Source: Rubripirellula sp.
GTDB lineage: Bacteria > Planctomycetota > Planctomycetia > Pirellulales > Pirellulaceae
Direction of reading: 5' to 3'
DNA length: 64,000 bases
Assembly (NCBI GenBank): GCA_965216875.1
Contig: OZ244207.1
Location: forward strand, 3,520,001 to 3,584,000
A model generated the notes under the pieces. That model did not search any database, was not told the DNA's origin, and worked only from the letters and a program-made list of their open reading frames with translations. The translations under genes were made by a program, and so were the position numbers. This document shows positions 1-10,412 of this stretch, one piece after another. Positions within the stretch are counted from its first letter, which is position 1. Each line of letters opens with the position of its first letter.

Positions 1-1014
1 GAACGGATGCAGGGCGTCGATCTTGCGAAAGAACCAGAAATCGCCGCCGCGCTCGAGCGACACTTGAAAGCCGTCGCCGGAACGTCCGAGTACTTTCAAC
101 TCCTGAAACGCTTCCGACCCGCAGGAATGGAAGACCGATTGGAAGAAATCCTGGTCGCATCGGATAACGACTCGATGCGTGTCGAAGCGGCCGCAATGTT
201 GGCGGAAACGGCTGACGGCCCCAAGCGTATCCGCACTCGGCTCTTCGGAAAAAACACTCAAGATGCCGCGAGTGTTGCCCGCGTCCTCGGACTGCTCGGC
301 AATGGACGCTCCGTCCGGATGCTCAGCGACGTCGCAGGCGATGCCGAGCAACCGTTCGATGTTCGCAGTACCGCAGTGAGCGGTTTGGCTCGAAACAAAG
401 CAGGCGAGAAATCGTTGCTCGAACTTGCGTCGAGCAAGAAGCTCGCAGCCGACACGCGTTTGCTTGCCGGCGGTTTGTTAGCACGTAGTCGGGATGAAGC
501 GACGAGAAAACGCGCTGCGGAACTGTTGCCGCTGCCAAAACAAAAAGACCAAAAGCCACTCGCGCCACTCGATCAACTGGCCAAGATGAAAGGCAACGTC
601 AAACACGGCCTCGAGCTTTTCCGTACCAAAGCGACCTGCGCTAACTGCCACAAGGTTGCTGGCGTCGGCAAAGAAGTCGGGCCCGACCTTTCGGAAATCG
701 GCAGCAAATTGTCGCGTGAAGCGATGTTCACCGCGATCCTCGACCCAAGCGCCGGGATCAGCCACAACTACGAGAACTACCAAGTCCTTACTGACGCAGG
801 CCAAATGATCAGCGGCCTCAAGATGAGCGAAACGAATGATGAGATTGTCATTCGCACCGCCGAGGCAATCGATCGCAAGATCCCTCGCGACGAAGTAGAA
901 GGCATCAAAAAGAGCGACAAATCAATCATGCCCGACAACCTTCACCAGCTCGTCGATCAACAGGGCCTTGTCGACATCATTGAGTACATGGTGTCACTCA
1001 AGAAGAAGGGCTAG
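1..1014 (+). CDS. C-terminal part of a PVC-type heme-binding CxxCH protein (HEAT-like repeats plus cytochrome c domain); 5' end outside the window
   Basis: Frame is open from base 1. CANCH heme motif followed by GPDLS...ILDPSAGI...SIMP, typical of planctomycete/verrucomicrobial heme-binding domain proteins. Confidence 0.85.
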   Translation, partial: ERMQGVDLAKEPEIAAALERHLKAVAGTSEYFQLLKRFRPAGMEDRLEEILVASDNDSMRVEAAAMLAETADGPKRIRTRLFGKNTQDAASVARVLGLLGNGRSVRMLSDVAGDAEQPFDVRSTAVSGLARNKAGEKSLLELASSKKLAADTRLLAGGLLARSRDEATRKRAAELLPLPKQKDQKPLAPLDQLAKMKGNVKHGLELFRTKATCANCHKVAGVGKEVGPDLSEIGSKLSREAMFTAILDPSAGISHNYENYQVLTDAGQMISGLKMSETNDEIVIRTAEAIDRKIPRDEVEGIKKSDKSIMPDNLHQLVDQQGLVDIIEYMVSLKKKG

Positions 1015-1132
1015 GACGCGTTTGCGCAACTCGGGCAATGCCCGTGAGCCGCCGGCCGTTAAGCCTCGGGCCCTTGCCGACTCCCAACGAGGGTGAAGGC
1101 AAGTAAGGGCCGGCGGCTGACGCGATCGCGGC

Positions 1133-1870
1133 TCAGTTGTGTGATTGGCCGACAGCGACGGGTGGTTCAACTACTTGAAAGCCCTCGGGCACTTTCATTT
1201 CAAATCGATCTTCATTGAATTCGACCCCGTACTCGATGTCTTTGTAGACGCGTCCAAGGCTTTTTCCCGGCATGAATCTCGTTGGTGTCTTGCTCAGATC
1301 CGAGAGGCGAGTCCTGAACTCTGGATCCGAAATTGGCACCGAAAGCCCAACAAGATCTTTGGATTCGCTGTCGAACCATAGATCGACGTGCGTCGACTCG
1401 AAAACATCCGCCTTCCCACGACTGGTTTCTCGCTGCCCCGTGGCCTTCGTTGGCATGTCCTTGATAAAGTTTGCCATCCACTTGAGCATGCTTACGTCGC
1501 CATAGACGTGTATCGGATGCTCGAGCCAGGTCGCTGTCTTCGACTTCATGTCCAAATACAGCTGTTTCTTTCCCTTGTTGTCAACGATGTGCACCGACTT
1601 TACTTTCCCTTGTTCATCCAGAGCCGTGTGTCGCCAAAAACTCGGAGTACGATGCTCCACGTGATCGACGTGACCGACATCCATTGAATCGTCGTCGGCT
1701 TTTTGGAAAGACATCAGCGTGTACTTGAGAGTTTTCGAATCCTCGATGGCTTGACGAGTTCCCAGGTAGGCAATGTCATGTTTCGCTGGTTCTTCTTGGG
1801 CGTTTGAGACGTCGGAACAAAGAGCAATCGCCAGCAGAGACAACAAGCTGATCATTCGATGCGTCGCCAT
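1133..1870 (-). CDS. Secreted hypothetical protein (distal cassette)
   Basis: Signal-peptide-like N-terminus (MATHRMISLLSLLAIALC); half attC-like site at about 1912. Confidence 0.6.
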   Translation of the reverse strand: MATHRMISLLSLLAIALCSDVSNAQEEPAKHDIAYLGTRQAIEDSKTLKYTLMSFQKADDDSMDVGHVDHVEHRTPSFWRHTALDEQGKVKSVHIVDNKGKKQLYLDMKSKTATWLEHPIHVYGDVSMLKWMANFIKDMPTKATGQRETSRGKADVFESTHVDLWFDSESKDLVGLSVPISDPEFRTRLSDLSKTPTRFMPGKSLGRVYKDIEYGVEFNEDRFEMKVPEGFQVVEPPVAVGQSHN

Positions 1871-1980
1871 AAGAGACTCGACTTGAGGATGGTCAAAACC
1901 ACGATTTGCTTCCAGAACGCCGAACATCACTGGGCCAGGAAGGTTGAGTGTCCGGCACACATCGCTTGCTCGACGCCTGC

Positions 1981-2487
1981 CTACTGGAAGATTGGGTAGT
2001 CAGGGAACTCAAAATACCGAGGCACATCAGGTTTTTGAGCGTCATTGTGCTTCACAGCAACGACCGAGTCGAACCTTTCGATAGAGTCAACGTGCAAATA
2101 GATCGTGGGGCGAGCTTGACGATGTATCGAGGGTGCAAGGAGGGCTCCCGCTTGGCCCCGAACAGTCACGCGTTTCCCCTCAAAGTGCTGACGAATATCG
2201 GCAATACCAACCCGTTTTAGCGAGGCGACCACGGAAGGGACAAGCAAGACTCGAAAGCGAGCGTCCTCGGCCGCATCAAGCCAACAGTCGGGTTGCCCTG
2301 ACAGCGAGGACAATGTGACCTGACTGACTGTGAAACAAACAGCTTGTTGACTTGTGTCCAACGACTCTGCGTTTCCCTCGCACCACTGCGTCGGATTCAT
2401 GGCCCGACTTGGCGAATCAGCCTTTGAACGATGCAAAGGATGCGAGACGAGGGATGCGAGAAGCAGCGAAAAAGCGATTCGATTCAT
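1981..2487 (-). CDS. Hypothetical secreted protein, possible OB-fold
   Basis: 168-aa ORF with hydrophobic N-terminus and HFEGKRVTVRG motif. Confidence 0.5.
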   Translation of the reverse strand: MNRIAFSLLLASLVSHPLHRSKADSPSRAMNPTQWCEGNAESLDTSQQAVCFTVSQVTLSSLSGQPDCWLDAAEDARFRVLLVPSVVASLKRVGIADIRQHFEGKRVTVRGQAGALLAPSIHRQARPTIYLHVDSIERFDSVVAVKHNDAQKPDVPRYFEFPDYPIFQ

Positions 2488-2747
2488 GGCAGATCCCGCC
2501 GGTTAGGTTTTACAGATGCAGAGCAGTTCAATTCACACTCGACGGCCTGACAACTTATCTCCGATGACGGCTACGTTTGAGCTCGTTGGAACACCAATCC
2601 AAACGTCATCAGGCACGTTAACGTCAACGTCACCAGCAAGGTCAATAGGTACTGTCGCCGACGCGAGACGGCGCCTCCATCGTACCGGTTTGCCGATACA
2701 ACGCCGAGAGCGAACCCACTCGATCCCAGGCAGCAACGTCGATCTCT

Positions 2748-3323
2748 TCATCGCGTGCCGATTTCAGGATCAGGCTTTGCATAATAGAACAGGAAGTAAG
2801 ACGATTCGCCCTCGGAAATGACAGCTAGCTTGGACGAACTGCTACCGGAGTCATCGTTCGCTCGCGTGTCGATCGCCAGCATGGATTCGACGTTCTGGTC
2901 TGAATATCGATAGTGGTCTCCATCGGTGAGTGGTTCAAACGAGTGGTTGGTGATGTGCGATTCGCCGGCCCTGAGTGTGCCAAGATTGACTTCTAAGAAT
3001 CGCTTCTTAAGCCCGTCGTCAATGTCACCGCGAAATACAGCCATTTGTTCCATCGCAGTGATGTCCCCACCATCAAACGCCAGTTGATATGCCTTGGCGA
3101 GGTTTTCTTTGCTCGTGGCGGGGAGCATTGTGCGGGCCTCTTCAACGACAATCTTGCGTTTCGCAGCCTGCTCGGCATCACTCTTGGCGTTGACGCGAGC
3201 CCACATTGCATCGCGTTTGGACTGGAATGAATCTTCGGCGGATTTTTGATCGCAACCGAGAGCTAGCAGGAAAAGGGCAACGATAGAAGCGAGTGCTGGA
3301 AGCTGAGTGATTCGTGATTTCAT
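2748..3323 (-). CDS. Hypothetical lipoprotein (cassette)
   Basis: Lipobox-like LALGC after a hydrophobic stretch; starts just downstream of the attC-like site 3365-3454. Confidence 0.65.
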   Translation of the reverse strand: MKSRITQLPALASIVALFLLALGCDQKSAEDSFQSKRDAMWARVNAKSDAEQAAKRKIVVEEARTMLPATSKENLAKAYQLAFDGGDITAMEQMAVFRGDIDDGLKKRFLEVNLGTLRAGESHITNHSFEPLTDGDHYRYSDQNVESMLAIDTRANDDSGSSSSKLAVISEGESSYFLFYYAKPDPEIGTR

Positions 3324-3364
3324 GAGGCAAGCGAAACTCAAGTTGGATTGCTCAGAATGAGGCC

Positions 3365-3454
3365 AGGTAACGATGCTAGGCATCGGGCGTGCGTGGTGGA
3401 TTGTTGATCAACAAAGAGCGAAACCGTGTACTCCGGCCTACGCGATGGTCAGTG
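3365..3454 (-). repeat. Degenerate attC-like site
   Basis: aggtaac...gtcagtg, 90 bp, between two co-oriented ORFs. Confidence 0.5.
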
Positions 3455-4009
3455 TTCTTCGACGCTCGAAGAATCTGCCACCAAGTATACGATCTCGATG
3501 AGGTACGAACCGACACCGAAGACCAACAGATGCGAGAGCCCGATCAATACAACAGAAGCCTGCGTCGGAATGGCGAATTGAACGATGGCCGCACAAAGAC
3601 CGCAGAAGCACGACAGGAATGCGATGATCACTACGAAGAACGTCACTAACTGCGATCGTGCATGAGGAAGCTGCTTGAGGTAATTGCGCGACCCCACATA
3701 TGCGAGCTGAGCAGTTGCGAGAAGGTAGAAAGATGCGCCCACTAGTAGCAACGCCCAAAAGCTGGGGAGTCCCGTGCTGTAGGCGACAACAGACGCGACA
3801 AACAACGTTGCCGATAGTGCGACATAGAGGCGAGCGTAGAATCGGAATCCCCGTGCCAGTATCAATCTCGCTTCCAGTTCACTCGAATCAGCGGACACGG
3901 GCTTGCCATGCAGCGCCAGAATCAAACGCCACCAGAGCGAGTACGCACCTGTATCACGAAATGCATCTCGGACTTGAGGAGGACTTCGGACTATCTCAGC
4001 GAATTTCAT
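3449..4009 (-). CDS. Hypothetical multi-pass membrane protein (cassette)
   Basis: About four hydrophobic segments; stop codon lies in the attC-like end box. Confidence 0.6.
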   Translation of the reverse strand: MKFAEIVRSPPQVRDAFRDTGAYSLWWRLILALHGKPVSADSSELEARLILARGFRFYARLYVALSATLFVASVVAYSTGLPSFWALLLVGASFYLLATAQLAYVGSRNYLKQLPHARSQLVTFFVVIIAFLSCFCGLCAAIVQFAIPTQASVVLIGLSHLLVFGVGSYLIEIVYLVADSSSVEEH

Positions 4010-4182
4010 TATTCCAAACACCCTCACGGATTACGTGGACGCCACAAGCGAAAGTCCCTGACAGGTCAGTTGTACTGGGAGCGTAGGGGTCCATCATTTA
4101 GCATTCATTGTCGAGGTAAGAAGACTCGCGTCCTTCGCTGCAAGTCGTTGTTACCGGCATTCTTCGTTGCATCAAGTAGCAA

Positions 4183-5085
4183 TCACTCAAGTGCGTTCGC
4201 AAAAGTACTCTTCAACCGCCGGTTAATGATTCGCAGGGGAATTCCGTACGATACATTTTGACGCTCGGCGAGGGCAAGCAAGTCGTTGAACGTCACACGA
4301 ATGCTCCCGTCATCCGCCTCCCAGATCAACAGTTTTTGGCAAAAGGCATCAAGACCCAGTGTTGGTGCATTCGCCATTGCCTTGCCGCCTGGACCAGGAC
4401 CACCAAATAGAATCATTCGCGATGGTCGAGTGACGGAAACATGCTCTTTCGACCGTTCGGCGAAATCAATCGTGCCAAAGATCACGGTATCGCCCTGTGC
4501 GTTGATCGCCGATGTAACGCGCTGCAATGTTTCGTCGAAGTTGTACGGACTCTCAAGCGTGACAAGTCCTGAATCGGGCATTGCATCGGAACGAAATTCA
4601 GCGATCTCCTCAGCTGGAACGCCTTTCATCGCCAATGCGATCGAATCGCTATATCGTGATCGAAGAGCTTCATCGTCTGGCAATGAATGGCGTCTCGACA
4701 AGAATTCGTAGCGATTGGCGAGAACTCGGGCACTGCCGGACTCTTGGTCCTCGTACACCAGAACCCTAAACGGAAGGTCGATTGCCGCGATCGGATTCTT
4801 CTCGATGATGGCGGCGTCAAAGGACGGATCGGAAAAGATCAAGACATGCGAAGGAGGCATCGGTGATCTTGCTTCGGCCCCGAGTCGAGAATGATCAATG
4901 TCTACGATCACATCCAGTTCGCTACGACTGCGGACGTTGGCTTGGACGACACCGAAAATGCGGTCCGTTTCGAGATAACGTTCGGCCGAAACGGCTTCCG
5001 ATTTGCGCAAAACAAGCCACAGCGTCGTCGCGATGAACACGGCCAGCACAATGACAATCAGATTGCGCAGTGCTTTGCGACTCAT
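4183..5085 (-). CDS. DUF302-domain protein (two domains, N-terminal membrane anchor)
   Basis: DIDH...LIFSDP...AAIDLPFRVLVYED plus a second repeat (SPYNFDET...LDAFCQKLLIWE). Confidence 0.75.
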   Translation of the reverse strand: MSRKALRNLIVIVLAVFIATTLWLVLRKSEAVSAERYLETDRIFGVVQANVRSRSELDVIVDIDHSRLGAEARSPMPPSHVLIFSDPSFDAAIIEKNPIAAIDLPFRVLVYEDQESGSARVLANRYEFLSRRHSLPDDEALRSRYSDSIALAMKGVPAEEIAEFRSDAMPDSGLVTLESPYNFDETLQRVTSAINAQGDTVIFGTIDFAERSKEHVSVTRPSRMILFGGPGPGGKAMANAPTLGLDAFCQKLLIWEADDGSIRVTFNDLLALAERQNVSYGIPLRIINRRLKSTFANALE

Positions 5086-5135
5086 TGTTCCTTGCTCACG
5101 TAAATGGTTCCTTGCTCACGTAAAGCCCTCAAAGA

Positions 5136-5226
5136 GACAAACGGCGGCGTTGACTGAGGACCGTCAATGCGGCAGCCATCTGGCTGAACGCGACACGCCG
5201 TCCTTCGATCGATGTCATGGTTCGCT
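5136..5226 (-). repeat. attC-like site (degenerate)
   Basis: gacaaac...gtcatggttcgct, 91 bp. Confidence 0.55.
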
Positions 5227-5271
5227 GGTGGTAGCGGTGCGTCTAGCTCTAAGTGTCATGCATCCGGCTGC

Positions 5272-5380
5272 CACTCTCCCTTGGGCCCTTGGGAGAGTCG
5301 GGCTCTCAGGCCCGGAGAGGGGCACCGCGAATGGCCCTCCCCGGGCTTTAGGCCCGACCCTCCCACAAGTGAGAGGGTAA
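5272..5380. repeat. Palindromic REP/MITE-like element; second copy at 57274-57380
   Basis: cactctccc...gggagagtcgggctct.aggcccggagaggg...ccctccccgg...ccgaccctccc shared by both loci. Confidence 0.75.
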
Positions 5381-5866
5381 TTCCTGTTGAAACAATGTGT
5401 GACATTTAGAGCGAGATCAAGCAGTAGCAGACCGAAGCACCGATTGCTTCGCAACGTTCATCAACCCTATCGAACGCATCGTCGCGCGCCAAATCCGACC
5501 GCGCACTCGAATCCGAAGAGCACGTGTTTCGCTCGTTTCGAGTATTTCGCGATTGCCCAACTGTCACCACATCGATTTGTGTTGTGCGGAATGAATGGAA
5601 CCGCGAAAGATGCGAAATTGGCGAAAAAGCTGCTTTGATGGGCGGCTTAAGACGGGAGCGACCAGGTTTTCCATCACCGTCAACGGAGGACGCTGGCAAA
5701 CGAGCATCGCGATTAATTCCGAGCGCATCATCAGTGTCGATTAGCGTGAATCAGTGTTCCGTTCGCGCGCATCGCAAGGAACACTGATCGACGACGTCAC
5801 CGAGGACCGCCAATTTGGTTGCCGGTCGTAAGCGCGCCCCGCGCGGCGCTTCGGCGCACGACATTG

Positions 5867-6712
5867 TCACCTGTGCTTTGAAGCGTGGATTGACTCCGCC
5901 ACAGCCGAAACGGCGCAAACAACAACATCTTTGTCACAGCCATAGAGACTCGCGAAACTAAAACCGCCTACCTCGAGCAAACGATATTCGCTGTCGGCAG
6001 TTCGGCAAACATCAACTACCCAGACCGGGTCGGGTTGATAACCTGCGGTCGCAACAGACCGGGCAAATTCCAGTGCAGCCGGATCCTCAGACGGTAGCGC
6101 AACCTCTTCTCCATCATCGACATACTTGGAGCCAGTGACGACCTCGCCATTTGCAACGACATATCGCCACTCCGCGACGATCCGCTTGGGAGAGCTAACG
6201 ACGACCAACGAATCGGTGGGAAATTCGTAGAACCCCATGTACTCGAAGTCCTTGTCGAAAGTCTCGCGAGATATCGTCAATCCAGTAAAGATCTTCAGCG
6301 GTGAATCCGGGCGCACGAACAGCTGGCCGTCTGAACCGAGCGCGTCAAAAAGGAAGCCACGGCAACGTGGAAGTTCGGCGTCTGGCAACATGATGCAGTC
6401 GCGATTCAATAGAAACCGACCAAAGTGTTCGTAGTAGTGCGAGCAGAAGAAACGGGGCACGGTCGCGAACGCCCCCGGCGTCCAGAGGTTGTCATTCCTA
6501 ACACGTGAAACCAAGTCGATGTCAGCGTGTGCGACGACACAGGCGCCTCGGGGAAACGCTTTGCGATACGAAGAACGAACGTCGTCCCATTCGTAAGGAG
6601 GGTTAGGTCGATTAACCGAAGCGACCTCGTGCCCGTTGCGTGTAACAGCTGCGGCAAGTTCGTCATGGTACGAATCAAAGACACCCGCATCGATAAGCCA
6701 GCCAACCATCAT
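5867..6712 (-). CDS. ATP-grasp domain protein (DUF4343/R2K-like), cassette
   Basis: FVRPDSPLKIFTG, EWRYVVANGEVVTGSKY and VVDVC...LLEVGGFSFASLY motifs. Confidence 0.7.
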   Translation of the reverse strand: MMVGWLIDAGVFDSYHDELAAAVTRNGHEVASVNRPNPPYEWDDVRSSYRKAFPRGACVVAHADIDLVSRVRNDNLWTPGAFATVPRFFCSHYYEHFGRFLLNRDCIMLPDAELPRCRGFLFDALGSDGQLFVRPDSPLKIFTGLTISRETFDKDFEYMGFYEFPTDSLVVVSSPKRIVAEWRYVVANGEVVTGSKYVDDGEEVALPSEDPAALEFARSVATAGYQPDPVWVVDVCRTADSEYRLLEVGGFSFASLYGCDKDVVVCAVSAVAESIHASKHR

Positions 6713-7213
6713 TCAATCTTCATCGAGTAACGACCGCGATCACCGGGCCGCGGCAATCGACCTGCCTAGGCGAAAGACACCAATAGCAATCGCGAGCAAG
6801 AGCCAACGTCGAGCAGTCCGCCGAGAGTGACCACTTGTCATCAGATTTGACGACGTGATGAGGACATTTGCTCGTTTGCCGAAGCGCCCGGCAGCCCTTC
6901 GGAGAATGTCATGGTTCGCTGATAGAGAGAAGCAACCGTCGCCCCCAAACGTGCGACAGCATCGAAAAACAAATCGATCGCCTCCATCAGTGTCGAATAG
7001 CGTCGATCAGTGTTCCGACAGCGCTCATTACATCAAGACGGTGTGTGCTTCGCGTCAATTGCAACCTCCTTAATCGTAACCTTTCGAATCACGGGGTCGC
7101 CACGAGCAATCCTCGACTTCAACAACCACGATTCGCCAATCGTCAACCGGCCATTTGCATTCAGTACATCGCGGGGTACGCAATCATTCATCCGACGGTG
7201 GTTGTGTTTGTGG

Positions 7214-7420
7214 TTAGATGCCCGACAGGAAATCGATCAGCGACTCAACGGGCGATTGCCCGGGTGCCCAAGTCCACCCGAAGTGTATCCGGACTGCGCG
7301 GATGCCGGCCGGAAGTAGAATGAAAAATGCAATCAGAAGAAGCCAGAACCAGCGTCGCTTGCGCCCTCGATCTCTGCCGGGCGTGTCGCTCGTTTCGTTG
7401 TGTGCCGTTAGTTTCGACAT
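7214..7420 (-). CDS. Small membrane protein (cassette)
   Basis: 68 aa, basic patch then one TM segment; flanked by attC remnants at about 7074 and 7487-7570. Confidence 0.45.
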   Translation of the reverse strand: MSKLTAHNETSDTPGRDRGRKRRWFWLLLIAFFILLPAGIRAVRIHFGWTWAPGQSPVESLIDFLSGI

Positions 7421-7676
7421 GAGTGTACCAATAACGCGTGCAGTCACATCAAAATCGCAGCCTGCGGAACGTTCCAGCCCGACAAATCGTAACAATCACC
7501 CGGCCGCGGCGTGCGACCCAATCACAGAGTAGCCTCGACTCCGTGTGTTCGTGTGCATCGGTAGTTTCGCCGCTCTGTTCCGAAGGGCCGTCGACCATCG
7601 CCGATGACAGTTCCTTGCTTGTTTCGCCGGCGGGAAACTCGGCCGCTGCGAAAAAGGCGACCACCGCCGCTCCCTA

Positions 7677-8135
7677 TCACCGCTGTTTCGGCCCATCGCC
7701 GCGTTCCGATGGTAGTGTGGTTGGGACCGACGCCCCAAAAGCCTCGTTCCATACCGAACGAATGAAAGGAGTAATCATGAAGTACTCCTCGGCGTTGGAG
7801 GCGTCGAAGCAGCACCAGCGGTACAGCAAGTGGGCAAGTGTATCAGAATCGATAATCAGGATGCGGCGGAGCTGCTCGAGTGTAGCGTCACCAACCGAGC
7901 CGAGTGCGAGGCCCTCGTCCACCGAGCCAATGGTTATCGCAGCCAATGCAAAACGGAAGTTGGAGTCCGGATCGTTGACGTCGTACCCAGCGATAAAGTC
8001 GTTGGCGCGAGCAGGGTCGGCGAGAATGTGCTCCCAGTCCTGATCATGCACACCGTAGGGAAGATCGAATTGACGTTCAACGCGACGGCACGCATCGGGA
8101 ACGGTAAAGCGATCCGAAGGCTCACGAATGGTCAT
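7677..8135 (-). CDS. Hypothetical protein (cassette)
   Basis: 152-aa ORF co-oriented within the array. Confidence 0.55.
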   Translation of the reverse strand: MTIREPSDRFTVPDACRRVERQFDLPYGVHDQDWEHILADPARANDFIAGYDVNDPDSNFRFALAAITIGSVDEGLALGSVGDATLEQLRRILIIDSDTLAHLLYRWCCFDASNAEEYFMITPFIRSVWNEAFGASVPTTLPSERGDGPKQR

Positions 8136-8205
8136 GAAGTAGCAAGCATGTCAGTCGAGTAACAGAATCATCCCTCTCCGCTTGATTCAATCTGCGCAAT
8201 TACGT

Positions 8206-8439
8206 TCAAGGACTCTTGCGATCTGAGAGGACGTCTACAATGATCGATGGTGAACTTCCTTGCCGCTCGTATTCTCCGATTGCCATCTGGACAGCTTCTA
8301 CATCCCCGTCTTGGAGAGCCTCGCCAATAAGCCGAAATGCTGCATTGCTATGGGCGTCTCGCAATTTGATCTCCACGGCATACGCGTAAATCACGGCAAT
8401 CAGGAACAGAATCAATCCTGCGATTAATAAGATTCGCAT
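8206..8439 (-). CDS. Small membrane-anchored protein (cassette)
   Basis: MRILLIAGLILFLIAVIYAY N-terminus, downstream of attC 8509-8597. Confidence 0.5.
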   Translation of the reverse strand: MRILLIAGLILFLIAVIYAYAVEIKLRDAHSNAAFRLIGEALQDGDVEAVQMAIGEYERQGSSPSIIVDVLSDRKSP

Positions 8440-8508
8440 CGAGATATTAAAGATCCTTCTCCCGTTTCCAGGCAAAGGGAGGTTGTCCTCTTGTGCTCCA
8501 CTTCTGTC

Positions 8509-8597
8509 GGGTAACGACCGCGATGACCGAGTCTCAGAATTGTGGTGTCCCAGTAAAAAGTCCCTACCCGCGACTTCGGTCCATCGCTTGGTTCTGC
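8509..8597 (-). repeat. attC-like site
   Basis: gggtaac...gttctgc, 89 bp; inner arms resemble site 17871-17962. Confidence 0.8.
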
Positions 8598-9166
8598 CTT
8601 CTTTTGCGGCTTGCCTCAAGCAACGGCAAGCATATGTCTTCCTCAAGCCAGAAACAATCACGTCGTGCTCGGTCATGCTTCCACCCGCGATCAATGGCAG
8701 CGTCGATGAACGCCTTCGCCAGATCCTCCGTGCAATCGTCGCGGGTGATGGTGCAGTAGGTGGCCAATAGTTGGCCCTTGGGATGCCCCACATTCTTGAT
8801 CTTCAAATGAAGTCCACCCTTTGCGTCCGGGTACCAAGAGAATTGATCGCCCCTGTAATCAAGGATGCGTGGGAATCCGTAAAAGCAATCAAGGACGCGT
8901 TCATCGGTGAGTCCCGTATCTTGATCATCGTTCCCGTGCGGATCCCAGCCGTGCTCCAACGCGACATCGATCAGACGCCGAACGATTGCGGGCGTTACGT
9001 CGCCGTCGTAGTCGCAGCGAGCAAACAGTGATGGTCCGTTGGGATTGTCATCGGCAACAACGGTCACGGTCCGCGTCCATGGACAGTCCATGTCGTAGTG
9101 GAAGCGCCAGCGGAACACTTGCTCGCGGACCGTAATGCGATTCGAGTTTCGTTTTGGAGAAGCCAT
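8564..9166 (-). CDS. Hypothetical protein with internal duplication (cassette)
   Basis: Two similar halves (VRRLIDVALEHGW / AKAFIDAAIDRGW); C-terminus runs into the attC site. Confidence 0.6.
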   Translation of the reverse strand: MASPKRNSNRITVREQVFRWRFHYDMDCPWTRTVTVVADDNPNGPSLFARCDYDGDVTPAIVRRLIDVALEHGWDPHGNDDQDTGLTDERVLDCFYGFPRILDYRGDQFSWYPDAKGGLHLKIKNVGHPKGQLLATYCTITRDDCTEDLAKAFIDAAIDRGWKHDRARRDCFWLEEDICLPLLEASRKRRQNQAMDRSRG

Positions 9167-9176
9167 CAACGCTTGG

Positions 9177-9734
9177 CTATTCGTTCGGCCCAAACAGGTC
9201 TGCAGATCGTATGATCCAACGGTCGCCCTCAAGGCGTGCAATGTAGCAATGCAAGCCAGATGCACACCAATCCGAGCACCGATCCCCAGCAATCAATTGA
9301 ACCGTTCGCTTATCAATCTGTACCATCGCATGAATGCGCGGATCAATCGAAGCCTTGGCAACAATCGCTGCGACGAGTTGTTTCTTGGTCAAATCGCCAA
9401 CCTCCGGAAACTCCTGTGTTTTGAGTTTCCGGTATGCGGCGGTCCGTTCGCTATCGCTCAGACCGACATGCGGACGCGTCATTCGTGCCCGAATACCCGC
9501 AATTGCTTCACGCAACGTTTTTGCAATCGCGGAGTATTCTTCGGGCGTCGCGGCCCCGAAGTCTATGTGCGCGAATGGCGATTCATCACCTCGGTTTTTG
9601 TCGGGCACACTTTCCAGCCAGAGCTGATGATGCACACGGAGTAACTTAGCGACGACCTCATGGGATTCGCCACGTGCGGCCATGCAAAGTGAGACGAAGA
9701 CGATGAGCAGAAGTGCGTATCTCAAGGAATTCAT
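9177..9734 (-). CDS. Secreted hypothetical protein (cassette)
   Basis: Signal peptide MNSLRYALLLIVFVSLCMAARG; ATG lies 2 nt after the attC end box. Confidence 0.65.
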   Translation of the reverse strand: MNSLRYALLLIVFVSLCMAARGESHEVVAKLLRVHHQLWLESVPDKNRGDESPFAHIDFGAATPEEYSAIAKTLREAIAGIRARMTRPHVGLSDSERTAAYRKLKTQEFPEVGDLTKKQLVAAIVAKASIDPRIHAMVQIDKRTVQLIAGDRCSDWCASGLHCYIARLEGDRWIIRSADLFGPNE

Positions 9735-9736
9735 AG

Positions 9737-9825
9737 CGATAACGGAGGTCGTAAGCGAGGACCGCCAATGTGGCTTCCAGATATAAACGCGACATGCGGC
9801 CCTTCGATTCACAACCTAGTTATGC
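9737..9825 (-). repeat. attC-like site
   Basis: cgataac...gttatgc, 89 bp; the upstream ORF stop lies in the end box. Confidence 0.75.
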
Positions 9826-10293
9826 CAAGATCGCGTCTCGTATCCTGGCAAGCCACGGTGATGGCGACGAACCTGCATTCCCCATTTGTGCGATGCATCG
9901 AATACCTTGCGCTTCGCACTCCAATTCGCGAATGAGCCGAATCAGACCGCTTGATCCGTCGGCACCCGATACTGCAAACACGTAATACGCGTGTTCGATC
10001 GCCCAGCGGACATTATCCCTGTTCGATCTTACGAGTTGTCTCCAAGCGTGGGAAGAGAAATTCGAGCAACCCAAGATTTCGATGAATACGTGCGCTAGTT
10101 GTTGCGATTCCGTTTTGCGAGGAATTAGGTCGCCAACACGGATCATGATCTCGCAGTCGCGACCCGTGAACTCAGATTCAGGAACGGTCGAAATGGCGAC
10201 AAGCGTGTCCAACGACCTCAAGCGGCCGTACGTTATTCGATAGCCTATCTGCACGCTTCGTAACGTAGTCAATGAATGAGGATCTCGATTCAA
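9820..10293 (-). CDS. Hypothetical protein (cassette)
   Basis: 157-aa ORF ending in the attC box. Confidence 0.5.
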   Translation of the reverse strand: MNRDPHSLTTLRSVQIGYRITYGRLRSLDTLVAISTVPESEFTGRDCEIMIRVGDLIPRKTESQQLAHVFIEILGCSNFSSHAWRQLVRSNRDNVRWAIEHAYYVFAVSGADGSSGLIRLIRELECEAQGIRCIAQMGNAGSSPSPWLARIRDAILA

Positions 10294-10412
10294 TCAAAGT
10301 GAGCATCCACTAGTTAACCGACATCTTCGTCACCGATCCCCCGGCGGCAGCGAACGCCTCAGAAACGAAAACCAAAAAACCTGCACTCTGCCACTCCGTG
10401 TGCATCGGCTGG

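Noticed and set aside
8157..8210. Possible short attC (gagtaac...gttcaag)
   Set aside because: The position fits, but the inner boxes and stem pairing are too weak to call.
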